Source of the DNA: Octopus vulgaris
Lineage: Eukaryota
Reading direction: 5' to 3'
Assembly: GCA_951406725.2 (NCBI GenBank)
Contig: OX597830.1
Span: 61,380,001-61,444,000 of the forward strand
DNA length: 64,000 nucleotides
Positions 1 through 14,484 of this stretch are shown piece after piece. Below the pieces are notes generated by a model that worked only from the letters and a program-made list of their open reading frames with translations, had not been told where the DNA came from and made no database searches. A program made the translations under genes and the position numbers. Within the stretch, counting starts at the first letter, position 1. Every line of letters starts with the position of its first letter.

Positions 1-1109
1 GAAAAATACAATAAGGGAATAAATAAAGATTTATATACAAGATTTATATAAAAGAATAGAAAAACAGAAATGGGAAAAAGAAAAGAGAACCTGAGAGAGA
101 GAGAGAGGGAGAGAGAGAGAGGGGAGAGAGAGAGAGGGGGAGAAAGAGAGAGGGAGAGAGAGAGAGAGAGATGATTGATAGACATAGGACGGGACGAGAG
201 TGAGTTTAGGATTTAGATTGTGTGGATGAGGGCGAGGATGAGGTAGAACGAAAAAACATGTGGCAACATATGAAACCGATCTGCGAAAATAAGAAAATTA
301 ATAAACTTCAATTGACCCCTATTCTGGTCCTCCATATTTTTCTTTAGCCTCCTCACAACTTTCACTCTTCTATTTCAATCTAATTATCAGATTTCCTTGC
401 GATAGTCTCTTCATTCTCCTATTTTCTCATAGAGCTTTTGTCTCTGCTTTTCACTAATTCGTTCAAACTAACCATTTCTCTTTTTCGCTAACGTCTCGTT
501 TTCAGTTTTTCTCTCTCCTCTCTCCAGATCTCAGCGAAAATAAAATTTCCCCTCTCAATATCATACTCTGTTATCCATATTTAAATGTTCAGTATCCATC
601 ATCTCTCTTATTCATAAATCTTGTTTATTCTCTTCATTACACGTTTAGTTCTTCTTGCTTCTAATAATCACATTCATTTTTTTTTGTATGTGTTTGTGGA
701 AATATTTCAGAAGGCAATTTACGAGCATGTTAGTCACAACTAAGTACAACAACCCCAACTTGATTGCCACGCTTTTTCGACTGCAACAATAACAACATTT
801 AAGGTTGGATGTTTGAATTGCTCGTGGTCTACGATGTTTGAGAGCAGAGTTACCGTCTAAGCGTCATCAGTACACTTAATTTGGATGTCGTGGCGAGACT
901 AAGGTTTCCAGTAACAGAGCAAAATCTGTGCACCACTGAAAGACTAGAGCAAAGGAAAATTCACGTCTGCTCTTCAAAAATAGGAAGAAGACAAGAGAGC
1001 AGACCGCACCATCCATGCGGCGTAGCATGAAAGTTCGCATAAAGTGTATTGTTGGTGGCATTGCTCCTTGGATAGTTTGCAAATCTGTACTACAGATAAT
1101 GAACACCAA

Positions 1110-1420
1110 TGTTGTTGTTTGTTCCTTCTCGAGCCATTGCCTGGCTCATAAGGGCCGGTTTCCCAGTTTTCTTGACGTATAGGTTCCCCACCTGGACGGG
1201 ACACAGGTCCGTCGCAGGTGAGCTGCAAGATACAGGAGGAAAGAGTGAGAGAAAGTTGTGGCGAAAGAGTCAGCAGAAGTTTCGCCATTACCTTCCGCCG
1301 GAGTTGCGTGGAGCTTAGGTGTTTCGCTCATAAGCGCACACATCGCCCGGTCTGAGATTCGAACCCGCGATCCCTCGCCCGTGAGTCCGCTGCTCTAACC
1401 ACTAGGCCATGTCTCTCCAC
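1110..1420 (-). mobile_element. tRNA-derived SINE, full length (family A)
   Basis: Minus strand begins gtggagagacatggcctagtggttagagc (A box) ... gggttcgaatc (B box) and ends in (caa)n. 9-bp TSD gaacaccaa at 1101-1109 and 1421-1429. Closely similar copy at 21606-21918. Confidence 0.9.
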
Positions 1421-2186
1421 GAACACCAAGGTGGAAATAGATGAGTATGCAAATCATGATGCCTCCCACCATGGAAACTTCATAACAATCCTTAAGTTAT
1501 AACAGTTTGTGAATGCATAATAAGACGATAGGAATGGTGGTGCAATGCGATGAGTGTAGTTGTTTAACATGACAGGAAAATGAAAAGAAGCCATTTGCGA
1601 GCTTTTGAACAGAGACGTTGAGAGATTTTAATCTGAAATATGGACTTAGGCAGTGGTGGTCTCCAGTTGTTTTTTTATTATTTTCTTTGTTTTAGCCTTC
1701 TACCATTGTTTTGATGCTGTGTTTGATGTTTTAAGTTATATTTCTTGCTTTGGCGATTCCTTCACTGCTCAAACTTCTCTCCAAATTTTACATTTCTTGG
1801 GGCAGTGTATACATTTTGTTTTTATTTGCACCAAGGTTTTGATAAAATCGAGTCAAACTGCTTAAAGAATTACTGTCGTTTTAAATACTGACTAATTTAT
1901 TATGAATTAGCGTGGAGCGTTCCTTACAGTCGATCTTTGATTTCGGCTCCTTCTTTTGTGTTCTATTTTTATAGCATTTTCTTTTATTTCAGCATATTTT
2001 TTGCTATTGATTTCATTAAGAATTGGAAGATATTTTCTTTTGTATCTACAGTTGCGCTTTATACATAATTTTATTTAGACAGGCGATGTTGATACTTGTA
2101 TTCATGGTCACTTTTTGTTGTCGAATTTTATGCATCGGTTATACATTCACTGAACCATAGGACCAATGGCAGAATCGTTAGAGTTT

Positions 2187-2590
2187 GCAGTTACGTCACC
2201 GTTCCAGCAGTTACGATACACTTCCAGCTGTTACAGCATCCCCCCTCCGTCACAACCTTCCTTACACCAGTTACGACCTACCTCCAACCAATTAGGACAT
2301 CTCTCTCACACGTTACGACCTCCCTCCCGCTGGTTATGACTGCCTTCCAGCCGTTACAACTCCCTCCCACTACTTACAATCTTCCTTCCACTAGTTACAT
2401 CCTCCCTCTCACTACTTGCGATTCCCACCCACCAGCTACGATCTTCCTCCCCGCAGTTACGAAATTCTTTCTTCTCAGCAGTTACGACATCCCTCCCTTT
2501 CAGCAGTTACGACGTCTCTCTCACCAGTTACGACCTCCCTCTCTGCACTTAAGTAGACCTTATGACCAATCTTTGCGATTGCCTTCCCTC
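2187..2590. repeat. Degenerate ~21-22 bp minisatellite (consensus approx. ccagttacgacctccctc...)
   Basis: cagttacgac/gttacga core recurs about every 21-22 bp. This explains the spurious 168-aa ORF. Confidence 0.8.
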
Positions 2591-3189
2591 CTGATTAAAT
2601 GATAAAAGAGTCTTTGGTTTGTAATTCTCCAATTATTTCCAGATTTATAATTTTCAGTTTTCAAATATGCCTTATATTCACTTTTATTTATATTTTTGTT
2701 TGTGTTATTCTTATACAGTTTTTGTTGGCCAATATTCTATGATTGTTTAAGGGTTTGCGTTATTCGTTTTACAGTTTTTATAGTTTATTTCTCTTACTTG
2801 GGGTTTCGATTATTTTCTTTGTTTTAGATGTTATATTTCAAATTATTTTTCTCTTTTCATTTTGATAATGTATCGCTAGTTTGTCGAGGCCCAACGATAC
2901 ATTTAAACCTGGGCCATTCCTCACCAAATTTAATGTAAATCCAGTCAGCACCGTGAAATATATTTATCATTTTGGACAGAATATCGCTGTGAAATATCCA
3001 TGTCGAACAGAAACATTCCTGTTGTGTCCTTTTTTGTGTTATTTGTGCGAAGTGAGGAGTAAATCCGACTTGAATTTATGTTTCTATTGTCATTATATTT
3101 GTCGGGTAACGGTTTATTAATTTCCGTTGACATAGAATTTTGCGCGCATATTTCGTACGCATTCAGCGCACGCGTTCTATTAATAACGT

Positions 3190-4090
3190 TGGGCTGAAAC
3201 GCTTTTATCTTTGAATTGTTAGTACTGTCCTCGAGCATTGTGGAGCTATGCCGAACAGCTGCTACCATCTGTAGGACGGGAAAAGATAGAAGTTTCCATT
3301 TGTTTGGCGGTTATGGCGAAAGAGGTTCTGTGGTAGACACGACTGAAAAGACTGAAAACAGAAACTTTAGTTGTCGGCCAGGCCCTTGTCGACTTTTTCT
3401 AGTTCTACTTGGAAATGAAAGTGACGGTCGATAGATCAAAAATGCAAAATGGATATCACTGACTAACTCAACAGTCTACCACGACTCTTCGCAAGAGAGG
3501 CCACAGCAAATCCCACAACAGCTAGAAATTCGAGAAGCGAGACGATTGGCAACGTGGGAGGTTGAAGGGGCAAATCGCTTGGCTTGGATGATTTGCCCTA
3601 TGAACTTTGCTTTTATATACCAGACATGTTTTGAGAATCATTGGCAGACATCTACAGCAACTGGCAGTAGAACAGGAGAAGCTCCAGTTATAGGAATTAA
3701 CGAGTGGTATTGCTGTGAGAAAGGATTCCAACAATGGGTATCACATAGATAAATTTTGACCCATAATTCTGTTAAGCGCTGATATCAAAATTTTGACCAA
3801 GGTGTTCGGAAAAGTGATTGTCATCAGTAGTTTAATGGGTGATGCACAAACGTGCATTAAACCGGAAAATCTATCCCTCTCGTCTCTTCTATATGTACTG
3901 GCTCTACTGTAGAAATTGGAGGCATTGAGAGGTATTCAACGCGAAATGCGATGTTGATGAACCGTGTTGGAATAGGCGGACGACGCATCCGCCAAAATGT
4001 CGAATACTAGGCCCAGAGACCTTATCAGCACTGCTCTAAAGGAAAACGAGACGGTAACAAGAGCAAAAATTAACCAAGGAAAGTCCTCCC
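3190..4090 (+). pseudogene. Decayed, internally deleted Tx1/L1-clade LINE (ORF1/RT fragments)
   Basis: Manual translation gives KF*PIILLSADIKILTKV (~3750-3805), LSSLLYVLAL (~3878-3907), ADD (~3976) and ETVTRAKINQGKS (~4047-4086). These match L1/Tx1 RT motifs and parallel the copy at 27.3-29.8 kb. Confidence 0.75.
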
Positions 4091-4095
4091 CACTC

Positions 4096-4601
<506 letters not shown>

Positions 4602-6862
4602 CCTTCGTAACACAGTGTAGGTAAAAATGCATCGGAGTCTTTGGTCATCTGTCAAGTCACAAAAAGGACCTCAGACAGATAATAACTTTCCTTAAGACGT
4701 GCGCTGTACCCAATAAGGCTGCTTTTTGCAAGACATCAATCTTGCATGGGATTTCCAGTTGCCTTAAGAAGTCTTGAAGTTTCAATGGAATTGAGTCACC
4801 ACTCATATCACTTTTACATTACCCTCTTGCATTCCATAAAGTCTTGCCATTTCCACTTTCAATTAGGAGTACTTGGTGATTTTTTCAACCTCTTTACTCA
4901 CAAAATTCATGTCATTTGGTATAGCTACATCAATGATCTGTGAGTATTTGTCTCTCTTATTCAATATGACAATATCCAACCGACGGTGTTCGATTACACG
5001 ATCCGTCAGAAAACCATAGTCCTCCTGCATAACTTTACTTTTCCATCCTCCTGCATAACTTTACCTGGTACATGCTCATACCAATTCTCTGTTAAGTCAT
5101 ATCTGTATTTACGGCATAAGAGCCAATGAAGATACACACAAACACTTTATCGCGGTGGTGTTTGTATTCTTTTTGTGCAAGGCTCTCACATTCACTTACC
5201 AAGTGGGTCACATTTTTCACACTCTTTCCACAGAGTCTGCATTTCTGGGTATCAGAAGTTTTTATCGATGTTATACTTAACTTGAATTGGTAGCTAGAGC
5301 CTGGTCTTGTGCAGCAATGATCAGGCTTTCGGTAGTACCCTTCAAATCACCTCGCCCAAGCCGTGCCCACGATGCCGTACATCCTTAACGTCCTGTGTAT
5401 TCCTTTCAAACTATCCATGCATTCTCATTTCAAGAAAGTCTTCTTTTCTCTTCTCTTCAGCTCTTTGGTTAAACTCTGCCTTTTTCATCATTACATCTTC
5501 ATTTACGCCCATATCTTTCGCTGCATATTGCAGCAGGTCTTCATCACTATTTATCAAATACTCGGCAAGCGTTCTCCTTTCACTCCTTTATACAATGGCC
5601 TGTACATCTGCCACCATTCTTTCTTTTCATATATAGTCTGTTTACGTTTGCTGTAGGGCCCGAGGCAGCGTCATCAACATTCTTGTCATTCTATCCAGTG
5701 TTGATATTTCCTCCTTAGTCCATTTGATGATGGACGCACTATATCTGACCACCACAACTGACTGCCCAGATATTCATAGCAGTAATCAAATGTTTAGCAT
5801 TCAGGTTGAATTTAAACGCCATCATCACCCTTTTTTGATATGCCTCGCTGACTTTGACTTTCATTTCTCTGTGTAGAATGTCATCCAGCACCAAAATCCC
5901 TAAATACCTATACCAACTACCGGTCGGGTTCTCCATGGTCTCTCCTGATGTTAACCGCAATCCTCTGCAGGCTGCTGTCTTCCCTCTTCTCATATTAAGT
6001 ACTGAGCATTTGGTAATCCCAAGTTCCATACCGATGTCCCTACCACACTTTTGGACTCTTTTGGTTAAGGAATCTATTTGTTTTTCAGATTTCCAAAACA
6101 ATTTCAGGTCATCCATAAACAGAAGATGGTTTAATGATTGGCCTTTCTTCCCACATTGGTAACCCATCTTAACTTTCCTAAGTGTCATTGTTATGCATAT
6201 TAGTGTAATTACAAATAGTAACGGAGAAAACGAGTCACCTTGGAAGATTCCCCTTTTAATATTAACTTCTCCAAGGAATATATTACTTGAGTACAATTTG
6301 GTCTTCCACTCTTTCATGCTGTGCATCAGAAAATTTGTGATATTGTCAGCAACACCAAACATCTGCAGGCATTCAGCGATCCAAGAATGAGGCATCATAT
6401 AATATGCCTTCTTAAAGTCAATCCAAGCCATAGACATGTTTGTATGATGTATTTTTACAATGCCTCAAAACTGTTTTATCGATGACCAGGTGATCCTTGG
6501 TACCCTGAGAACTCTTCCTACATCCTTTATGTCCCCTTGCTAGTATTTCTTCCTGCGCCAGGAAAGTGTATGTCTTTGTCTCACATATTCTAGTGAGTAT
6601 CTTCCAGATTATGTTTAGGCATGGTAGTTTCCCACAATATTCCCCTTTCTTCTATCTTTCATTACAAGTGTTGTCTTCCGAGTCACCATCCACCCGGGGA
6701 CTGTACGTTTTTGGACACACCCATTTAATTGGGCTGCCAGTCTTTCATGCACCGCGTGGCATCTCTTCAGCCAGGAGCCATAAATCCCATCTGGTCCGTG
6801 GGCTTTCCAGTTAAGCATTTTACCCACTTGTTCTTTCACATCATATGTGCCTATGACAATAT
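4602..6862 (-). mobile_element. 5'-truncated R4/Dong-like non-LTR retrotransposon (RT + restriction-like endonuclease), pseudogenised
   Basis: ORF 5739-6437 has WIDFKKAY, RGIFQGDSFSPLLF, HLLFMDDLKL and YRYLGI. ORF 6615-7067 has NWKAHGPDGIYGSWLK. Downstream are the CCHC finger (CRLCG...HLVSEC) and RLE motif HRRLDIV...IIDVAIP, with a stop at 4671-4673. Frameshifts and stops are present. Confidence 0.9.
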
Positions 6863-6865
6863 TCC

Positions 6866-7512
6866 TTGAATACCAACTCAATGAAAAGTGATACATACCA
6901 CATAGGTGCAGAATGTGTGGAAAGCCTTGCGCAGAAGGAGTACAAACGCAGACACAAGGTAGACCAAAAACTTCACTGGCTACTATGCCGGAAGTATGGA
7001 TGCGAAGCAACGGGTGCCTGGTACCAACATACACTAGAAAAGGTAATAGACGAAAAGGGGAAGGCAAAAATTCTTTGGGAATTTGACTTCCAGACAGACA
7101 AGCACCGAAGGCTGGACATAGTAGCCTTTAGGAAGGACAAATAAAAGTGCTTAATAATTGACGTGGCAGTGCCAAGAGATCAACATATAATCATGAAAGA
7201 AAGAGAAAAGATCGATATAGAGACATGAGAATTGAGATCGATATGATGTGGTAGCTTCAGGAGTCAAATATAAAGGTTGTCCTTATTGACATTGGAGCAT
7301 TGGGTTCAATACCACCCAACCTACAGAAACATCTGGAAACTTTAGAAATACCCTACAGTCTAGGTGCATTGCAAAAATCGGCATTACTTGAAACAGCACG
7401 ATTCTATTACGTAAAGTACAGTCAGTCTGAGGTCCTTGTGACTTGACAGACAGTACAGACCCCCGGTAGGCACAATATCTTCAATCAACAACATCACGAT
7501 ATTGGACATTAA
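6866..7512 (+). mobile_element. Second R4/Dong-like element, RLE domain + 3' UTR only
   Basis: SLAQKEYKRRH, LCRKYG, WYQH, ILWEFDFQTDK, HRRLDIV, IIDVAVP, IGALG and LQKSALLETAR motifs; followed by aataataat repeats. Confidence 0.88.
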
Positions 7513-7659
7513 ATAATAATAAGGATGATGATGATGATGGTGATTATAACAGCAACAACAACAATAATAATAATAATAACAAGAGCACTCAGGCAGCGTA
7601 AACCACCGCCAAGGCAACACCAACGTCCTGTCAACGATTAGCCAAAGATGATTTTTAAA

Positions 7660-7905
7660 ATGAGCGGAGACACTTGCTCATTTCTAAGCTTGACCCTCCA
7701 GTTCGTGGCCAAAGCTTGGTCTTGCGCTGCCAGTATAGTGCTCTCAGCCCTGCACCAAAATTTGAAGCAATTATTATTTGGTTGAAATGTTCTTGTTATT
7801 GTATTTATTGTTTACACGTGTTGAGATAAAAAGTCCTCACTGTCCTTTTTCTTGGTATCGTCCTAAATATTTTTGTGCCCTTGTGGACAATAAAGAATAT
7901 AATAT
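7660..7905 (+). mobile_element. 3' end of a Tx1-like LINE
   Basis: Ends gtgcccttgtggacaataaagaatataat, matching the 3' terminus of the Tx1-like element at 29790-29820. Confidence 0.55.
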
Positions 7906-9364
7906 TATCACCATTATTGTTCTTATATTCTGTCTGTTAAGAAGGAAGAAAGTGGTTAAATTTCAGTCAAGTGTTGGAAATATGACTATTGTTTTGGAGT
8001 AGGATATATCCTTAAGCCGATGCTTTTGTGTCTTCACCCTAAACAAGGGTGTATAGCTACAGCATACGTTCGAATGAGGCACGCAAGTGTCTTCTTTATC
8101 AATCGGAAATATATGTGGAATACCGTCCAGTAAATATAAGTTGTCATCAACGGTCTCTATAAAACCTCCGATTAAACTCGTGCTATATTCTTCCATTTTA
8201 CTCACATCACAACAATTAAGGAAAGAACAAAATCTAGTACTTATATTATTTCCTAAAGTTAAGCATCGAGTCTACTCGTGGCTTGGTAGCGAAATAGAAG
8301 GCAACGTGTTTTCTATGTTCTAGCTTTGCACCGTTCATCGCTGACTCTCTAAGAGTGCCGTGATAGGTTTGTAGTTTCCCTGGGACATGTCACTATAATA
8401 TGCTAATTTTATTTTACAACAGTGATTACGACATAAGTGCTATTGTGTTGAGTGTAAAACTTTATATATACGAGATCAGGATTTGTCGGTTCCAAGCACC
8501 GTTATTCTCAGTTGTGTGTAATAAGAAATCGACAGTTTAGCGAGTGATGTCCCGACCCATTTTCAGCTTTCCTTAGGTTTTAGCTCTTATTTTAACTAAT
8601 TCTAACTATACAGTAATTCTAATTATACCGTAATTTATTTTAACAGTAATTCTCATTATACAGTAATTCTAATTATTTCAAGTTATTGCTAATCTTTTAT
8701 TGTCCCCTGGTAGCTGTGCTGGACAGGCGGTGGAAGTTGCTTTTTGCATTTTATAGTAGTATGGCCATAACGGAAGATCTTCGAGTTGGATAGACTTTAT
8801 TCATGCAATATAGAACATCTTTAGTTCGGAACAAATTAGAGATTTGTGGAGAAGGTGTCAGAGCACGTAGAAACGATAGAAAAGTGTCTTACATATTCGC
8901 GTATGTATAATGTCTTGAAGCTTGCTTCGTAATCGCCTAGTGCTTGTGTCGATCTTATTTCGATCACTCTGCGAAAGGATTTTGAGAGAAACTTCAGAAG
9001 GAAATTGTTGGAAACTTCGTGATATACATCTACATACATGCACATACGTATATACATACATATGCATACAAATATATGCACATACATGCACATGTATATA
9101 CTTATACATACGTACATACATACATACATATAAAAAGAAATGTTCGGTGGTACTAATGAGGGACTCGCAAGAATTTCGTGTCTTGCAAAAATGGTGAAAT
9201 AAATACCAGACTAAGTGTTGATGTTGATTGAAAAAGAGGAAACTTTTTTCTCAATTTAATGATGTCAATTTCTGTGTAGCATCTCAAGACATTTAAAATG
9301 TGTATCATAAACTCATACAAAGAACACATGCATACGCATACACATACATACGTCTATATATATA

Positions 9365-9419
<55 letters not shown>

Positions 9420-9544
9420 ACATGATAGACTCTCCCGTCGAAGACGACGTTTTAGTGTTCAGCTTTTGCCGAAAGACCTGCACAACTGATTTGTTTATTG
9501 TGATGAAATGTATGTGCCGCTCACTCCCTCATCCTATCGACGTT

Positions 9545-9695
9545 GCCTGAACACTCGTCAGGTGTCGAAATGACGGCAGAGCAACGTTAGAAGAAGTGTT
9601 TTGCTCAAATGCATAGCGCAACGTACCACTCGATCTAGGAATTGAAACCACGACCATGCGATCGTGAGAGCAACATCTGAACCACTTAGTCATGA
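9545..9695 (-). mobile_element. tRNA-derived SINE head, degenerate
   Basis: Minus strand atgactaagtggttcag...ggtttcaattcc (A/B-box-like); resembles the heads at 22690-22900 and 40140-40240. Confidence 0.6.
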
Positions 9696-9701
9696 GTCCT
9701 C

Positions 9702-9742
<41 letters not shown>

Positions 9743-9876
9743 CGTAGATGTACTTGCATAGAAAGTGACCTGACTTGAGATCGTGTGCTGGAACGAAAAC
9801 AATTGCAGCGTAGAAGGTGTCTATGAGCCATATATATATATATATATATATATATCTATATATATATATATATAAC

Positions 9877-10587
9877 GTTTTTTGATATCGTTTGCAAGAT
9901 TCTTTATGTGAGTTCGTGTGTTGAAGCATATTCTGTTGTGTCTGGGGAGATTAATTTTCTTTTTGTGCCTTATAATTTAACATACTCACCGTCATTCTTG
10001 TAACAAAGAGATCTCGCCATTTTGGATGCTTGAAAAATAAGAATGAGTCAAAAGAGTGGACCAAAGGAGGTAACAGGTATCGGGGGGGGGGGGCAACTAA
10101 TTCCTCAGTATAATTTTTGAAGTGGTGAAGGTGTGGTCTGTGTATGAACAGGTTTGCCTTGTTTAGATGTTCTTGTAAGGAGATTGAATCTTTGCATTGG
10201 TATATTGGAAAGATATGGAAGTTCGGCGTTTTTTACTTGCGCATCTGTCGATATTTTCGCTCAGGGCTATCTGCCTGTATTGAGGAAAACAAATTTGTTC
10301 TTTATGCAGCGTGACTCTGCGTCTCAAAGTAAGGTTCGTTTGTCCCACACAATTGCATCCACAACCTGAGCAAGTTAGGACATAGATAAGGTTCTGGGAA
10401 GCACATGTGAAGTTGGTCAAGTAAAACCTGTTCATACAAAAGTACAGACCGCGCATTAGTATACAAACTTGACCACTTCAAAAATTATACTGAGGCGTTA
10501 GTTGACTCCTTGCTACATTTTACCTCCCTAGACTCATTCTTATTTTTCAAGCATCCAAAATGGCAAAACCCCATTGTCACAAGAATT
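9877..10587 (-). mobile_element. Penelope-like element relic: GIY-YIG endonuclease C-terminus with an inverted terminal duplication
   Basis: FTCASQNLIYVLTCSGCGCNCVGQTNLTLRRRVTLHKEQI is a PLE-type GIY-YIG with CxxC and His. Segment 9994-10155 is inverted at 10424-10587. Confidence 0.85.
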
Positions 10588-11186
10588 GATTACTTCACAA
10601 TGTCCCTTGGAAAGCTAATTTAAATAGCAAAAACCGATTGGATAACACTACATCCATAAAATATGTATATAGTAAAAAAAAATGGGGTGTTTTGAGGGAG
10701 ATTTTCCTGCTATTTCTACCAGGTCTTGCTACCATGTAGAGGTCTGAATTCAATTTTCATTAACATATTTGCATTTCAAAAATTTAACATAATCTTTTCC
10801 ATAAATGAACTATCATAAAAGTACGCACACACGTCCATTTCATAAATCATCTTTCAATTTCAGCTCTCTGCAAATAAAATTTTTACAGATACAAATGCTT
10901 ACAAAAATAGGGATTAATGTATAATTTCTTTCTATGTTCATAATTAAATCAATGCTTTAATGATTAGACAGAGGTCCAATAGAATAGCTCTCAGAAACAG
11001 ACTTCGTACAAATTGGTTCTTCACAACTCCTGAAGCTGTTTTCTGATGGGAGGGGAGTCAGGAAATTTTCATACATCTGGAGTCTCCAATTGAAACAGGG
11101 GACCCGAAATTATAAGGTTAAGAAACGCTGTTATAGATTATGCCTTACCGAAAACAATCACAGCCACATCATCCAAACAGATGCTA

Positions 11187-11274
<88 letters not shown>

Positions 11275-11317
11275 ATGTGTGTGTGTGTGTGTATATATGT
11301 AAATAATATATATGTAG

Positions 11318-11512
11318 AAATGAGTTGCGACGTCATTGGTGCCAAGCTGTATCGACCTTTGTCTTTCCCTTGGATAACACTGGTGGTGTGGAGAGGGGAG
11401 GCCGGTATGCATGGGCGACTGCTGGTCTTCCATAAACAACCTTGCCCGGACTTGTGTCTAGGAGGGTAACTTTCTAGGTGCAATCCCATGGTCATTCATG
11501 ACCGAAGGGGGT

Positions 11513-11513
<1 letters not shown>
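11318..11513 (+). mobile_element. SINE 3' half (family C)
   Basis: ggtatgcatgggcgactgctggtcttcca...taggtgcaatcc is shared with the tRNA-headed minus-strand copy at 39935-40240. Confidence 0.8.
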
Positions 11514-11571
<58 letters not shown>

Positions 11572-11632
11572 TATATACATACATATATGTACATACCTAC
11601 ATATATATATGTATATATATATTCGTATATGG

Positions 11633-12230
11633 GTACAGGACGTCAAAAGAAACGCGAACAAAATGTAAAACGAAGATATAGAAAAACTAAAACATGGAAA
11701 ATGAACCTTTTTTCGAACAACGAAAGAAACAAATAGAGAAACCAGACGAGCAACATAAAGAACAATCCCTTCATCAGTTGTCCCCAGTTTTATCTACTCC
11801 GCGTTTCGATCGCTGGGACAAGATGCGGCAGTCATTTCCGCAAAGCAAATTAAATAAAATTTGGGATTTGCGGAGGGTTAAAGTGGTAACAAAAGCAAGA
11901 CAGTGAGAACAAAACAGCAAAAACAAACGGCAAGGGCTGTTAAGCTATAACGAGGTGAAGTGGTGAACGCTGGAAAAACGGGCTTTGACAGGAGACAGGC
12001 AAAAGTGTTTCTTGTCTCTTGTAAATCAAGTGGAAAAAGAAACATAGCCGCTAGTCACGTGTGTGCAATGAGAGAGTCGTGGAGGAAGAGTGAGAGAGAG
12101 AGAAAGAGAAAAAAGGAGAGAAAGAGAACGGCGAAGGGGAGGAGAAGAAAAACAGAAAGAAAGAATAATAATAGGGAGAATAGAATCAGAATTATTAAGA
12201 TAAAACATACTTGGAAATGAATGCGTGGCG
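11633..12230. mobile_element. Unclassified non-coding interspersed repeat with two conserved hairpins (copy 1)
   Basis: The tacaggac start, cccttcatca motif, gtttcga and hairpin with loop aattaaataaaatt are shared with 46828-47160. The start and cccttcatcagttgtc are also shared with 39724-39870. Confidence 0.7.
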
Positions 12231-12303
12231 TTCGATCATATAATAATATAAATAATATATGTATATATATGCATTAGAAGGTTTGGAGATGATGTACAGG
12301 TAT

Positions 12304-12414
12304 TATATATTAGAAGAAATGAGGTACTCCGAAATCCGAATGGTTTTATATTTACAGATATTTATTATATAAAAACATCCGGATTTCTGAGTACCTCATT
12401 TCTTCTAATATATA
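12304..12414. repeat. Foldback palindrome (~48-bp arms)
   Basis: tatatattagaagaaatgaggtactc ... gagtacctcatttcttctaatatata. Confidence 0.9.
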
Positions 12415-12812
12415 CATGCATATATACATATATGTACATATATGTACATACCTACATATATATGTATACATACATACATACATGCATACATACATACATA
12501 CATACATACATACATACATACATACATACATACATACATACATACATACATAGAGACATACAGACAGACAGAGATGCAGACAGACATAGATACAAATATA
12601 TATACATGCAGGATATGTGTTCGTCCACCATTGTTCAGGTAACTAATTTTATGCATACTACTACTGAATCTAAGTATCCGGAGGATCTTCAGAGGATGTA
12701 AGCCAATATAGTAAAGGAGCAGAGATAAGTGCACTTACAGATACACGCCAACTCTCTCGCTCTCTCTCTCTCTGTCATATACACATTGGTATATATGTAT
12801 GTGTTGTATCTG

Positions 12813-12891
<79 letters not shown>

Positions 12892-12904
12892 GTCTATCTG
12901 TCTG

Positions 12905-12973
<69 letters not shown>

Positions 12974-13501
12974 TGCGTATTTGTGTATGTATATATTCGT
13001 GCTTCTTTTTTATATGTATATTACCTGACTGGCACTGAAGAAACAATAGAAGCAACATCTCTATTCACTAATTAACGCCATCAAGAGCAGTGCTGATAAT
13101 AATGGAAAAGGCAGCACTAAGAGCCTATCATCTGACGCCATTGTTAAAGGTCAGAACTACATAGTGTCAGTATGCTTTAAATAAGTGCTCGAAGTAGTCA
13201 AATTTCATTGTCGACTGAATTGTTTCCTTATCATGGGTTGTGACTTGCTTACAAAGCGATTATATGAGAGGAACATTGTAGCATCATACAAAAAGACATG
13301 GATTACGAGATGGTCGGCTAATTCGGTCTGACTGAATCTCAATATTTCTATTTACTCTTACATTACTCAGACAAAAGTCTAATCAAGTCGCACACCTACC
13401 TCATATGATTGTGGATTCTCTCCAGTTCTGAGATAACTAGTTTTGAATCAGAACAATCGTTATTCACACGAACATTTCCAAAGAAAAAAGAACGAAAACA
13501 T

Positions 13502-13673
13502 AGGAGTAGGAGTGGCTGTGTGGTAAGTAGCTTGCTTACCAACCACATGGTTCAGGGTTCAGTCCCACTGCGTGGCAGCTTGGGCAAGTGTCTTCAACTA
13601 TAGCCTCGGGCCGACCAAAGCCTTGTGAGTGGATTTGGTAGACGGAAACTGAAAGAAGCCCGTCGTATATATG

Positions 13674-13742
<69 letters not shown>

Positions 13743-13760
13743 GTGTGTGTGAGTATATGC

Positions 13761-13798
<38 letters not shown>

Positions 13799-14008
13799 TT
13801 GTGTGTCTGTGTTTGTTCCCCCAACATCGCTTGACAACTGATGCTGGTGTGTTTACGTCCCCGTAACTTAGCGGTTCGGCAAAAGAGACCGATAGAATAA
13901 GTACTAGGCTTACAAAGAATAAGTCCCGGGGTCGATTTGCTCGACTAAAGGCGGTGCTCCAGCATGGCCACAGTCAAATGACTGAAACAAGTAAAAGAGT
14001 AAAGAGTA
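13502..14008 (+). mobile_element. tRNA-derived SINE with central microsatellite, full length (family B, the dominant SINE here)
   Basis: Head gtggctgtgtggtaag...gggttcagtccc, central (TA)n(TG)n, tail ccagcatggccacagtcaaatgactgaaacaagtaaaagag. More than 10 full or partial copies in the window. Confidence 0.92.
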
Positions 14009-14484
14009 TATCCCTGAGAAATGTGACGGTAGAAGCCACAGATAAGCTTAGGTATGTGAAGAACACTTGTGTTCTTAAGATACTATTGAAGAAAGAAAAG
14101 GAGGAAAGATCATAAATCAACAGACATTCGTAGAAATCGTAGGGTAATATACAGAAGCACAGGTCAAAACGTTTAATGAAAGATCAGCCTGACATCAAGC
14201 GAAAATAATCCATTACAAGATATCCGGTTAAAATAGTGTTTTAAAAATAATGCTTATCAAAACATCTATCCACTAATATGTACGTTTTTCAATGCATAAA
14301 ATTACTATTGTTTCACAAGGATAAGACAGAAATAAACCAAAATCTACTATTGTTTTGCATTATTGTTAATATCTAATAAGATACGTGGGATGTGCAACCA
14401 AGTTAAGCGTTAGATTAATGTCCATGCATAACGTTACTTTCATCAAAAGGCTAATTAGATAAAAGTAATAAATGGTTGCACATA

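Noticed and set aside
1345-1420. tRNA gene
   Set aside because: A and B boxes are present but continue into a SINE body with tail and TSD. The same applies to the other SINE heads.
2187-2590. CRISPR-like or coding repeat
   Set aside because: Degenerate short-period minisatellite; the between-core sequences resemble each other and are not unique spacers.
9147-9210. ctaatga...gaaa flanked by tggta/tacca as a hammerhead
   Set aside because: The core is mutated, stem II does not close next to the core, and there is no valid NUH site.
11790-11840. SECIS element (Naiad-type PLE) on the minus strand
   Set aside because: The ATGA...GA spacing and helix II do not fit, there is no apical AA at the right distance, and it is not conserved in the 46.9-kb copy.
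12630-12700. Degenerate minus-strand ctgaaga motif as a hammerhead
   Set aside because: GAAA and stem I are not recoverable; too decayed to support.
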